Part shown: piece after piece, positions 25,169 to 33,623 of the stretch | Layout: each line of letters starts with the position of its first letter | Numbering within the stretch: the first letter of the stretch is position 1 | Assembly (NCBI GenBank): GCA_963619535.1 | Contig: CAVEWV010000007.1 | Span: 1-61,451, forward strand | Direction: 5' to 3' | DNA: 61,451 nt | Source of the DNA: Acutalibacteraceae bacterium | Lineage (GTDB): Bacteria; Actinomycetota; Coriobacteriia; Coriobacteriales; UMGS124 | Position numbers and translations under genes: made by a program | The notes under the pieces: generated by a model | Seen by the model: only the letters and a program-made list of their open reading frames with translations | Told to the model about the DNA's origin: nothing | The model's database searches: none

Positions 25169-26480
25169 GGCCGGCGGCGCCGCTTCCCGCAGGCCCGCGC
25201 CTCGTCGCGCCACGCCGCGCGACGACCAGCCGAGCCGTCCCTCCATCTCTCGCCCCGCGCCCGCCCCGCGCCGCGCCACGCAGCGCCCGGAGGGTTCCGG
25301 ACGCACGTCGCGGCCCACGCGCCGTGCCACGCAGCGTGACGACGCCTCCGGCAGGTCTGAAGCGCGCGGTCGCACGAGCGACCCGCGCTGGAGCTCATTC
25401 GACAGGCGCATGCGCCTGTTCCTGCTCAGCGTCGTTGTGGTCGGACTCGCGGCCATCATCTTGGTCCTGTGCGTGTGGTCGCCCCTCTTCCAGATTCGCT
25501 CCATCTCGGTGGAGGGGTCCTGCGAGCACGTGAGCGCCGAGCGCATCACGCAGCTGGCGGCGGTGCCGGCCGGGGCGACGCTCTTCGGCTACGACGAGGC
25601 CGGCGTGGCCCAGCGCCTGCTGTCGGACCCCTGGGTGGCCGACGTCACGCTGACGCGCTCGCTGCCCGACACCCTGAGCATCCATATCGAGGAGCGCACC
25701 TTGGGGGCCATCGTCATGCTCTCCAACGGCACGCAGGCCTGGAGGCTCTCCACCGACGGCGTGTGGCTCGAGCAGGTGGCGCTCACCGAGATAACCTCCG
25801 ACAACGGTGCCGACGCCTACGACGTGCAGGCAAAGAACGCCGCGGCATCCGAGGGCGTCGTGTTCGTGAGCGAGGCCTCCGCCGCGCTTGCGCCCGTGGC
25901 GGGCGAGTCGTGCCAGGACGAGGGCCTCTTGGGGCTGCTCCAGTACATGAGCTCCTTCAGCTCTCAGCTGCGCGACCAGATCGTGAGCGCGACCGCCACG
26001 AACAAGGAGTCGATAGCCGTTGTGCTCTCAAACGGCATCAAGGTGTCTCTGGGCGCCGTCGACGACATCTCCCTCAAGGAGCAGGCGGTGCTGGGCATCC
26101 TGAGCGCCTACCAGGGCACCGTGAGCTACATCAACGTCCGCGTCCCCTCCAAGCCGACCTACCGGGCCGTCTCGCAGGACGCCGCGGCGGCCGAGGGCGA
26201 CGGCTCCGAGGTCGACTCGCTGCCGTATCAGGCCCAGGACGACACTGCGCAGGACAGCGCGACGCAGGCGGACACCGCGCAGGCCGACGCCGCCCAGGCC
26301 GAGCAGGACGCCGCACAGTCCGACCAGCAGACGTCCCAGACCGAGGTGCCCAGCGACGCGGCCTATAACGGCGGCTACTACCTCGACGACGGCACCTGGG
26401 TCAACTACTTCTGGGATACCGATGGCAATCTGGTGCACGGATACTACGACTCCCAGGACGAGTGGGTAGACTTGGGTTAG
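25119..26480 (+). CDS. ftsQ: FtsQ/DivIB-like division protein (POTRA domain) with a basic N-terminal region and an acidic Q/D/A-rich C-terminal region
   Basis: A TM (LFLLSVVVVGLAAIILVLCV) is followed by the POTRA-like IRSISVEGSCEHVSAERI...DPWVADVTLTRSLPDTLSIHIEER. The start is uncertain, because the longest ORF overlaps murB by 50 nt. Confidence 0.8.
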   Translation: MVSNSGRRSSSSASPREAGGAASRRPAPRRATPRDDQPSRPSISRPAPAPRRATQRPEGSGRTSRPTRRATQRDDASGRSEARGRTSDPRWSSFDRRMRLFLLSVVVVGLAAIILVLCVWSPLFQIRSISVEGSCEHVSAERITQLAAVPAGATLFGYDEAGVAQRLLSDPWVADVTLTRSLPDTLSIHIEERTLGAIVMLSNGTQAWRLSTDGVWLEQVALTEITSDNGADAYDVQAKNAAASEGVVFVSEASAALAPVAGESCQDEGLLGLLQYMSSFSSQLRDQIVSATATNKESIAVVLSNGIKVSLGAVDDISLKEQAVLGILSAYQGTVSYINVRVPSKPTYRAVSQDAAAAEGDGSEVDSLPYQAQDDTAQDSATQADTAQADAAQAEQDAAQSDQQTSQTEVPSDAAYNGGYYLDDGTWVNYFWDTDGNLVHGYYDSQDEWVDLG

Positions 26481-26630
26481 TGTGTTTCTCTCGTGCGCCA
26501 CCTGCTACGTTGCAGTGAAGCCCTCGGGCCTACATTGACACTGGTTATCATGCGTGCGAAGATAAAATGATGTGAGAGCTATCTAACTGTAAAGTTTAAC
26601 TTTATGGTTTTACAGACTACGGAGGTCAGG

Positions 26631-27755
26631 ATGTACGGACAGGGCGACGCCACGAACAACTACATGGCCGTAATAAAAGTCGTTGGCGTGGGCGGCGGCG
26701 GATCCAACGCAGTGAACCGCATGATTGCCTCGGGCGTCCAGGGCGTTGAGTTCGTGACCGTCAACACCGATGCCCAGGCCCTGCTGAACTCCGACGCCGA
26801 GACCAAGGTCCACATCGGCACCGACCTCACCAAGGGTCTGGGCGCCGGCGCCAAGCCCGAGGTGGGCCGCTCCGCCGCCGAGGAGTCCCGCGACCAGATC
26901 AAGGCTGCCCTCGAGGGCGCCGACATGGTCTTCGTCACCGCCGGCGAGGGCGGCGGCACCGGCACCGGCGCCGCTCCCGTGGTCGCCGACATCGCCCGCA
27001 ACGACGTGGGCGCCCTCACCGTGGGCGTCGTCACCAAGCCCTTCACCTTCGAGGGCGCCGTGCGTCGTCGCAACGCCGTGAGCGGCATCGAGGACCTCTC
27101 CGCCAACGTCGACACCCTGATCACCATCCCCAACGACCGCCTGCTCGACGTCGCCGACAAGAAGGTCTCCTTCCTCGACGCCTTCAACATGGCCGACGAG
27201 GTGCTGCGCCAGGGCATCCAGGGCATCACCGACCTCATCACCGTCCCCGGCCTCATCAACCTCGACTTCGCCGACGTGCGCACCATCATGAGCGACGCCG
27301 GCACGGCCATGATGGGCATCGGCGTGGGCACGGGCGACAACCGCGCCGTCGACGCCGCCAACCAGGCCATCTCCAGCCCGCTGCTCGAGAGCGCCATCGA
27401 CGGCGCCGACCGCGTGCTGCTCTCCATCGCGGGCGGCTCCAACCTGGGCCTGTTCGAGGTCAACGAGGCCGCCGGTATCGTGAGCGACGCCGTGAGCCAG
27501 GACGTCAACCTCATCTTCGGCACCGTCATCGATGAGAACCTGGGCGACACCGTGCGCGTCACCGTCATCGCCACCGGTTTCGGCGACTCCAAGGCCTCTT
27601 CGCAGTCCAAGCTCGACCTGGGCGCCGAGCGTCGTCCGAGCTTCCTGAACAACGTTCCCGCCTCCAGCCCCGCTCCCCGTCCCGCGGCTCCGAGCAGCCA
27701 GAGCACCTCGTCTGAGTTCGACATCCCGGACTTCCTGAAGCGCAGCAGGTTCTAA
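26631..27755 (+). CDS. ftsZ: Cell-division GTPase FtsZ
   Basis: RBS ggagg is 5 nt before the ATG at 26631. Motifs are [10 protein letters not shown] and [13 protein letters not shown]. The conserved C-terminal peptide is DIPDFLKR. Confidence 0.97.
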   Translation: MYGQGDATNNYMAVIKVVGVGGGGSNAVNRMIASGVQGVEFVTVNTDAQALLNSDAETKVHIGTDLTKGLGAGAKPEVGRSAAEESRDQIKAALEGADMVFVTAGEGGGTGTGAAPVVADIARNDVGALTVGVVTKPFTFEGAVRRRNAVSGIEDLSANVDTLITIPNDRLLDVADKKVSFLDAFNMADEVLRQGIQGITDLITVPGLINLDFADVRTIMSDAGTAMMGIGVGTGDNRAVDAANQAISSPLLESAIDGADRVLLSIAGGSNLGLFEVNEAAGIVSDAVSQDVNLIFGTVIDENLGDTVRVTVIATGFGDSKASSQSKLDLGAERRPSFLNNVPASSPAPRPAAPSSQSTSSEFDIPDFLKRSRF

Positions 27756-27766
27756 GGCGACGGGCT

Positions 27767-28573
27767 GTGGCTTTGACCACCGAGAAGCGCATTGAGCTCA
27801 AGCGTTTCACGCAAGACGGCGTGACCCTGATCGGAGGCGGCACCGCGGCCTCCGGCGGGGTCACGTTTTGTTTCACCGAGCGTACGGGCGGCGTCTCCCA
27901 GCCGCCGTTCGCCAGCCTCAACCTGGGGCTGAAGGGCGGCGACGACGCTGCCTGCGTGCTCGAGAACCGCAGGCGCGTGCTGTGCGCGATGGGCGCGCCC
28001 GACCTCGTGGACACGCTCGCCCTGCCCAACCAGACGCACGGCAGCGAGGTTGCCGTCATCACGCGGGCAGGGGAGCTTCCCGCAAGCCTCGCCCAGGATG
28101 CCGATGCCGTCGTGTGTACGGCCCCCGACCAGGCCGTCATGCTGCTTGTCGCCGACTGCACGCCCGTCGTGCTCACGTGCCCGGGGGGATTCGCGCTCGT
28201 GCACTCCGGCTGGCGCGGTACCTTGGCGGGCATCTCCGGCAAGGCGGCGCGCATTTTGGCCCAGACCGCCGGCGTGGCCACCTCGCAGGTGCAGGCCTTC
28301 ATCGGCCCGCACATATCCGGGGGGTCCTACGAGGTGTCCCAGGAGCTGCTCGACCGTTTCATCGAGGTCTTCGGCCAGACGGCCGTCTTCGGCCCGCGCC
28401 ACCTCGACCTGGGGGCGTGCGTGCGCGCGAGCCTTCAGGCCGCCGGCGTTTCGGATGCCTCGATTCTCGACACGCACCTGTGCACGGCCCAGCTCACCGA
28501 CCGGTTCTTCTCGCATCGCGCCGAGATGGGCAAGACGGGCCGGCATGCCGCCGTTGCCTTCATGCGACCCTAA
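27767..28573 (+). CDS. pgeF: PgeF/YfiH (DUF152) purine nucleoside phosphorylase / laccase-domain protein
   Basis: NQTHG, ADCTPV and HSGWRG motifs, and the typical position after ftsZ. Confidence 0.85.
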   Translation: MALTTEKRIELKRFTQDGVTLIGGGTAASGGVTFCFTERTGGVSQPPFASLNLGLKGGDDAACVLENRRRVLCAMGAPDLVDTLALPNQTHGSEVAVITRAGELPASLAQDADAVVCTAPDQAVMLLVADCTPVVLTCPGGFALVHSGWRGTLAGISGKAARILAQTAGVATSQVQAFIGPHISGGSYEVSQELLDRFIEVFGQTAVFGPRHLDLGACVRASLQAAGVSDASILDTHLCTAQLTDRFFSHRAEMGKTGRHAAVAFMRP

Positions 28574-28584
28574 GGAGGTCAGCC

Positions 28585-29334
28585 ATGCTGTGTGACCAGA
28601 TCGACGCCGACTACGCGCGCAAGATGGAGCAGCGCCGCGCGCAGATCCTCGAGAGGGTCCAGCGGGCGGCCCGTGAGTCGGGGCGCGACCCCGAGCAGGT
28701 CTGCGTCTGCGCGGTGAGCAAGACGGTCGACGTGCCCCAGGTGGCAGCTGCGTGCGCCGCCGGCTACACCGACTTCGGCGAGAACCGCCCCCAGGAGCTG
28801 GCCCGCAAGCTCGAGGTCATCGGCGACGACGAGGCCTTCCGCGACGTGCGCTGGCACATGATCGGCAACCTGCAGGAGAACAAGATTAACCACGTGCTGG
28901 CCGCTCGGCCGTGCCTCATCCACTCCGTCGCCTCGGCAAAGCTCGCCGCGGCCATCTCCAAGCGTGCGGCCGCCCAGGGCCTTGTGCAGCCGGTGCTGCT
29001 CGAGGCCAACGTGTCGGGGGAGGACTCCAAGCAGGGCATGGCGCCCGAGGAGCTCAGGCGCGCCTTCGAGGACATCGCCGCCCTTGAGGGCATCTCGGTG
29101 CACGGCCTCATGACCATGGCGCCGCAGGGCGACGAGACGGTCGCCGAGCGCACCTTCGAGGGCCTGCGCACGCTGCGCGACGAGCTGGCGCAGGCGTATC
29201 CCGAGGTGGGGCTGAACGTCCTTTCTATGGGCATGAGCGAGGATTTTGAGGCGGGCATCCGCCAGGGTGCTACGATTGTGCGGTTGGGCAGGGTTGCCTT
29301 CGACCCGACGTTTCCCATCGTAGAGAGGTTGTAA
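28585..29334 (+). CDS. yggS: YggS/YlmE PLP-binding homeostasis protein
   Basis: The PLP-lysine context is CAVSKTV, with WHMIGNLQENK and SMGMSEDFEAGI. RBS aaggagg precedes the ATG at 28585. Confidence 0.9.
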   Translation: MLCDQIDADYARKMEQRRAQILERVQRAARESGRDPEQVCVCAVSKTVDVPQVAAACAAGYTDFGENRPQELARKLEVIGDDEAFRDVRWHMIGNLQENKINHVLAARPCLIHSVASAKLAAAISKRAAAQGLVQPVLLEANVSGEDSKQGMAPEELRRAFEDIAALEGISVHGLMTMAPQGDETVAERTFEGLRTLRDELAQAYPEVGLNVLSMGMSEDFEAGIRQGATIVRLGRVAFDPTFPIVERL

Positions 29335-29336
29335 CG

Positions 29337-30251
29337 ATGAGTTTTCTCGATAACATCAAGTCGCGCATGAAGGGCGATACCAGCGCCGAGGAGCAGTTCC
29401 AGCGCGGGCTGCGCGAGGGAAGCTGGCCCGAGGGCGTCGAGGATTTCGAGCTCATGGGCAACACGGGCACGTTCCTTCCCGCCACGCCCGACACCGACCC
29501 GCACCAGGAGGCCGACGCCTTCGCGTCCAAGACCTCCACGACGGAGGACGACCGCGCCGACTGGTCTGTCGTGCGCGCGGCCGGCAGCTCTCGGGCCGAG
29601 GGCCGCTTCACGGTGATCGAGGGGGCCGCCGGCATGCGCCCCCTGGCCTCTTCCGCCCAGGCCCAGCGCCCCGCCGACGAGGACATGCGCGTGACGCCCC
29701 GCTCCGAGGGCCAGGCGCGCGAGCGCTCCCAGGCCGCCGGTGCCCAGAAGTCCTACGCCGAGCGCCTGCGCGAGCGCGTGGCAAGCGCTGACGTCGCCCC
29801 CAAGGAAGAGCCCAAGATGCAGGTCAAGAACGCGTCTCGCCCCACCGGCGCAAAGCCTGCCGACCCTGTGAAGCCCGAGAAGCCCGCAAGCGCCGCCCCC
29901 GCGCCGTCTGCCCCCGCCGCCCCGGCAAAGCCCGCTGCGGCACGCCCCGCCTCGCACGACGAGGCCCCCACGTTCTCCAGCGACGCCGTCATCGTGCGCA
30001 CGCGCACCTATGACGACGTGCGCAAGATCGCCTCGGGCCTGCTGAGCGACCATCGCCCCGTGGTGCTCGCGATGCGCGGAACCTCCGACGCGGCCTGCCA
30101 GCGCATCCTGGACTTCTCCTTCGGCATGTGCTGCGCCTCGGGCGCCACGATGCGCGAGCTGGGGCAGAAGCTCTACGCCATCTGCCCCAAGGGCGTCACC
30201 GTCAGCGACGCCACCATGGCCGAGCTCAAGCGCCAGGGCATCTTGAGGTAG
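29337..30251 (+). CDS. sepF: Cell-division protein SepF with a long disordered linker
   Basis: The N-terminal amphipathic MSFLDNIKSRMKG and a conserved C-terminal domain (VIVRTRTYDDVRKIASGLLSDHRPVVLAM...ILDFSFGM). Confidence 0.9.
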   Translation: MSFLDNIKSRMKGDTSAEEQFQRGLREGSWPEGVEDFELMGNTGTFLPATPDTDPHQEADAFASKTSTTEDDRADWSVVRAAGSSRAEGRFTVIEGAAGMRPLASSAQAQRPADEDMRVTPRSEGQARERSQAAGAQKSYAERLRERVASADVAPKEEPKMQVKNASRPTGAKPADPVKPEKPASAAPAPSAPAAPAKPAAARPASHDEAPTFSSDAVIVRTRTYDDVRKIASGLLSDHRPVVLAMRGTSDAACQRILDFSFGMCCASGATMRELGQKLYAICPKGVTVSDATMAELKRQGILR

Positions 30252-30254
30252 CCG

Positions 30255-30509
30255 ATGCTGTCCATCGCCATCTACCAGGTCTTCCGCATCTACTCGATCA
30301 TCTTGGTCATCTACGTGCTCATGAGCTGGATACCCTACGGCGCCTCGAAGTGGGTCGAGGACATCCGTGCGGTCCTGGCGTCGATCAGCGAGCCGTATCT
30401 GGGGCTTTTCCGCCGCATCATCCCGCCTGTCGGCATGGTTGATTTCTCGCCGGTGGTGGCAATCATCGTTCTTCAGTTCGTAGAGCGGCTGGTTCTGTAT
30501 ATACTTTAG
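30255..30509 (+). CDS. yggT: YggT-family small membrane protein
   Basis: 84 aa with two TM segments and SEPYLGLFRRIIPPVGMVDFSP, located after sepF. Confidence 0.9.
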   Translation: MLSIAIYQVFRIYSIILVIYVLMSWIPYGASKWVEDIRAVLASISEPYLGLFRRIIPPVGMVDFSPVVAIIVLQFVERLVLYIL

Positions 30510-30574
30510 CGCATCCGTGTACTCACCCTTTGGCGGCCGCCGGGGGAGCAAGATTGAAGGAAAGGTTTAAGACA

Positions 30575-31258
30575 ATGCCTATCACGCCCGCCGAGATTCA
30601 GCAGAAGACGTTCTCTGAGGCCAAGCGCCGTGGCTACGAGCCCACCGAGGTCGACGCCTTCCTTGAGGAGATCAGCGCCGACATCGACGCGATGCTGCGC
30701 AAGATCGCCGACCTCAAGAACCGCCTGACCGCCGCCGAGGCCAAGAACTCCGAGCTGCAGGGCGAGATTGAGAAGGTCCGCGCCGAGGCCGACAAGGCCG
30801 TGGCCGACGCCCGCGCCGCCGCCCCCGCCCAGCAGGCACCTGCGGCCAACGCCGGCAAGCCCAACATCTACAGCGCCACGGAGGAGCAGCTCTCCGCCGC
30901 CCTCATCGTGGCCCAGCAGACGGCCGACCGCATCGTCGCCGAGGCCAAGACCAACGCCGACAAGATCCGCGCCGACGCCGACGCCCAGGCCCGCAAGGTC
31001 ATCCGCCAGGCCCTCGACGAGAAGCAGGCCGAGCTCGACGAGGTCGAGCGCCTGAAGGTCTCCCGCGAGAACTTCCGCACCGAGTACCTCGCCCTCATCC
31101 AGAAGTTCAGCGAGGCCGCCTCTGCCAACTTCCCGCTCATCTCCTCGGCGCCCTCCGGCTCCGACGTGACCGCCGTGGCATCCCCCGTGATGCAGCTCCA
31201 GGCCTCGTCCAACCCCTACGGCACGCAGGTTGCGGCCGCCATGGACGACCTCGACTAA
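30575..31258 (+). CDS. divIVA: DivIVA-family coiled-coil protein
   Basis: MPITPAEIQQKTFSEAKRRGYEPTEVDAFLEEI is followed by heptad-rich sequence. The ATG at 30575 was chosen over the longer ORF. Confidence 0.9.
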   Translation: MPITPAEIQQKTFSEAKRRGYEPTEVDAFLEEISADIDAMLRKIADLKNRLTAAEAKNSELQGEIEKVRAEADKAVADARAAAPAQQAPAANAGKPNIYSATEEQLSAALIVAQQTADRIVAEAKTNADKIRADADAQARKVIRQALDEKQAELDEVERLKVSRENFRTEYLALIQKFSEAASANFPLISSAPSGSDVTAVASPVMQLQASSNPYGTQVAAAMDDLD

Positions 31259-32144
31259 CCGACCTGCCTTGGCCAGCCTGCATCCCGACCGCAACTTTGC
31301 CACGCTGGCATGCGTGTGCGAGGACGCTGTCGATGCGTTTGCGCGCCTCGAGTTTGCCAAAGCCGGCACCCTGCTCGCTGCACAAGCGGCCCGCAGGGTG
31401 CTTTTTTGTGACGCCCAGCCCCGTGAGGGCATCGAGGTGCGCCGCACGCTGTCCATCGACGAGCAAGCGGGGCGCGTCGAGGCGGCTTGTGTGCGCCCGT
31501 GGCTGCGCGAGCAGCCGAGCCCCGGCGTCTTGCGCGTCGTGATCAACGAGGGGGCCGGGCCCTTCCTGTGCCGTCCCGTCCAGATGGGTGCCGACGTGGT
31601 GGTGGAGGACCTTGGGGAGATGCTCGGCCTCGAGTTCTCGGGCGTGGCCTGCGTGTGCGCACGTGCCGACGAGGTGCTCGAGCGTTTCCTGGCATGCGTC
31701 GAGGCCGAGCCCGACGACCGGCCCGGCCCGGCTTGCGTGGCCGAGCTGGCCCTACTGCTGCCACAGCTCTCCCTTATCACTCAGGCGCGTTGCGACCGGG
31801 CCCTCGTGGCCGCGCAGTACCTGGCGCATCACCCGGGCGTGTGCGAGGTGTCCTACCCGGGGTTGGGGCAGGACGCGGCCAACCCCGAGGCGCGCCGTAG
31901 CCTGGAGCACGGCTTTGGCTGGCGCGTCGCCTTCAGGCTCTCGGACGAGGGACGCTGCTTCGAAGAGGGGCTCTGGGAAGAGCCGCACCGCGGTCTGAGC
32001 AGCGGGATCGAGCGGCTCGCGAGCGGCGCATACGTCCTGCATGCGGGCCTGGAGGAGCCCCTCGATGTGGTGGGGGCGTTGGAAAGGGGCATCTCCGGCA
32101 TGCAAGTCCCGACTGAAACGCATAATGTGGCACAGAGTCGCTAG
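31230..32144 (+). CDS. Divergent, N-terminally short Cys/Met-metabolism PLP-enzyme homolog (cystathionine gamma-synthase/lyase family) lacking the PLP lysine; pseudoenzyme or decaying gene
   Basis: By eye it aligns to the family core. VQMGADVVVEDLGEMLG stands where ...GADIVVHSxTKYLGGH is expected. AAQYLAHHPGVCEVSYPGLG stands where ...FLEAHPKVEKVYYPGL is expected. GFGWRVAFRL stands where GFGGMVSFEL is expected. The start is uncertain, since the ORF overlaps the end of divIVA. Confidence 0.45.
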   Translation: MRPPWTTSTNRPALASLHPDRNFATLACVCEDAVDAFARLEFAKAGTLLAAQAARRVLFCDAQPREGIEVRRTLSIDEQAGRVEAACVRPWLREQPSPGVLRVVINEGAGPFLCRPVQMGADVVVEDLGEMLGLEFSGVACVCARADEVLERFLACVEAEPDDRPGPACVAELALLLPQLSLITQARCDRALVAAQYLAHHPGVCEVSYPGLGQDAANPEARRSLEHGFGWRVAFRLSDEGRCFEEGLWEEPHRGLSSGIERLASGAYVLHAGLEEPLDVVGALERGISGMQVPTETHNVAQSR

Positions 32145-32175
32145 CCCACACGCGCCTTTGTCGAAAGGAGCGCCC

Positions 32176-32994
32176 ATGTTTGCCCGCACTTCCAAAGCAC
32201 CGCACGCCATGCCGGCCATCTTTGCCTGCTGCGCGCTTGCCTGCGCACTGCTCGGCGGCTGCTCGCAGAGCTTCAGCAGCGCCGCCCAGGCGCTGAACGA
32301 CGGCGTGAGCGCCGACATCGCCCAGCTCACCGACCTGGACACCCAGAGCGCGCAGACCCTCTTCGCGTCGGACTACACGAGCGCCCTCGTGGCGGCCGGC
32401 ATAGACCCGGTCGACGTCTACGGGCCCATGTTCTCCAGCCTCACCTACGAGGTGAGCGCCATATCGGTCCAGGACAACACGGCCACGGTGACGGTCTCCA
32501 TCTCGAACAAGGACCTCAACCAGGTGTTCCAGAGCTATACCGCCGCCGTGACCAACGAGCTGGCCTCCTCCGCGAGCCGCGAGGCCCTCGCCGCCATGGA
32601 CGACAACGCCCTCAACGCCCACCTGGCGCAGATCCTCATCAACTGCCTGTCCGATGCGACCGTGCCCCTCGTGCAGGCCACGGTGGACCTCACCTATGTC
32701 AAGAGCGGCTCCACCTGGCAGCTCCAGGACTCCCAGGAGCTGGTGAGCGCGCTTCTGGGCGGGCTGGACGCCGCCGACGCCTCCCAACCCGCGGCCGACG
32801 AGCTGGTGGCGACGACCGACTCCGCCGTCGCCGACACGGCGACCCAGGAGGCGACGGACGCCGCCGAGGGCGAGCAGCCTGCGGCGGGCGACGAGGCCAC
32901 TGGCGAGGCCGATCAGGCCGACATGACGCAGGAGTCAGGCGCCGAGGGCGAGCAGGCCCAGGACGCCGGCGACGCGTCCGAGCAGGCCTGGTAG
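32176..32994 (+). CDS. Hypothetical lipoprotein with an acidic C-terminal tail
   Basis: The signal peptide with lipobox is MPAIFACCALACALLGGCSQS. No recognisable catalytic motif was seen. The C-terminus is D/E/A/Q-rich. Confidence 0.7.
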   Translation: MFARTSKAPHAMPAIFACCALACALLGGCSQSFSSAAQALNDGVSADIAQLTDLDTQSAQTLFASDYTSALVAAGIDPVDVYGPMFSSLTYEVSAISVQDNTATVTVSISNKDLNQVFQSYTAAVTNELASSASREALAAMDDNALNAHLAQILINCLSDATVPLVQATVDLTYVKSGSTWQLQDSQELVSALLGGLDAADASQPAADELVATTDSAVADTATQEATDAAEGEQPAAGDEATGEADQADMTQESGAEGEQAQDAGDASEQAW

Positions 32995-33014
32995 GGCCGG
33001 CGGGCAACGAAGGC

Positions 33015-33623
33015 ATGACCGCACCCATTACGCCGCAGGCCAGCTCCCTTGCCGTGCGGCACTCGATGCAGGGCAACCGCAGCCGCGACACCAAGCCCGA
33101 GATAGCCGTGCGCACCTACCTGCGCCAGAAGGGCCTCACCGGGTATCGGCTGCAGTGGAAGAAGGCCCCCGGCAGGCCCGACGTGGCCTATCCCGGCAGG
33201 CGCGTCGCCATCTTCGTGCACGGCTGCTTCTGGCATCGCTGCCCCTTCTGCCATCCCAGTTCGCCTTCGACCAACGTCGAGTTCTGGTCGGCCAAGTTCG
33301 AGCGCAACCAGGCCCGTGACGCCCGCGACACGCAGGCCCTGGTGCAGGACGGCTGGACAGTTGTTGTTGTCTGGGAATGCCGGCTGAAAAAGCGCCATCT
33401 GCGTCGTACCATGTGCGAGGTGGCCGCCCTGGTGGAGCAGGCGGGCACCGTCAAGACCAAGGCCGACGTCCGGCCCGGCCGCAAGGTCGTGCTCGGCCGC
33501 ACCTGCGTGCACGGCCCGCGCGGCTTGGCCGCGCAGAGAATCCGCAAGCGAAGGGCCGCCCCACACGGCATGCGCCCGTCTATGTCAAACGAAGGTTCAG
33601 CAAAGAGAAGGGGACGTCCATGA
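33015..33623 (+). CDS. vsr: Very-short-patch repair endonuclease (Vsr family) with a basic C-terminal extension
   Basis: NRSRDTKPEIAVR, GRPDVAYPGRRVAIFVHGCFWH, NVEFWSAKFERN and GWTVVVVWEC. Confidence 0.88.
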   Translation: MTAPITPQASSLAVRHSMQGNRSRDTKPEIAVRTYLRQKGLTGYRLQWKKAPGRPDVAYPGRRVAIFVHGCFWHRCPFCHPSSPSTNVEFWSAKFERNQARDARDTQALVQDGWTVVVVWECRLKKRHLRRTMCEVAALVEQAGTVKTKADVRPGRKVVLGRTCVHGPRGLAAQRIRKRRAAPHGMRPSMSNEGSAKRRGRP

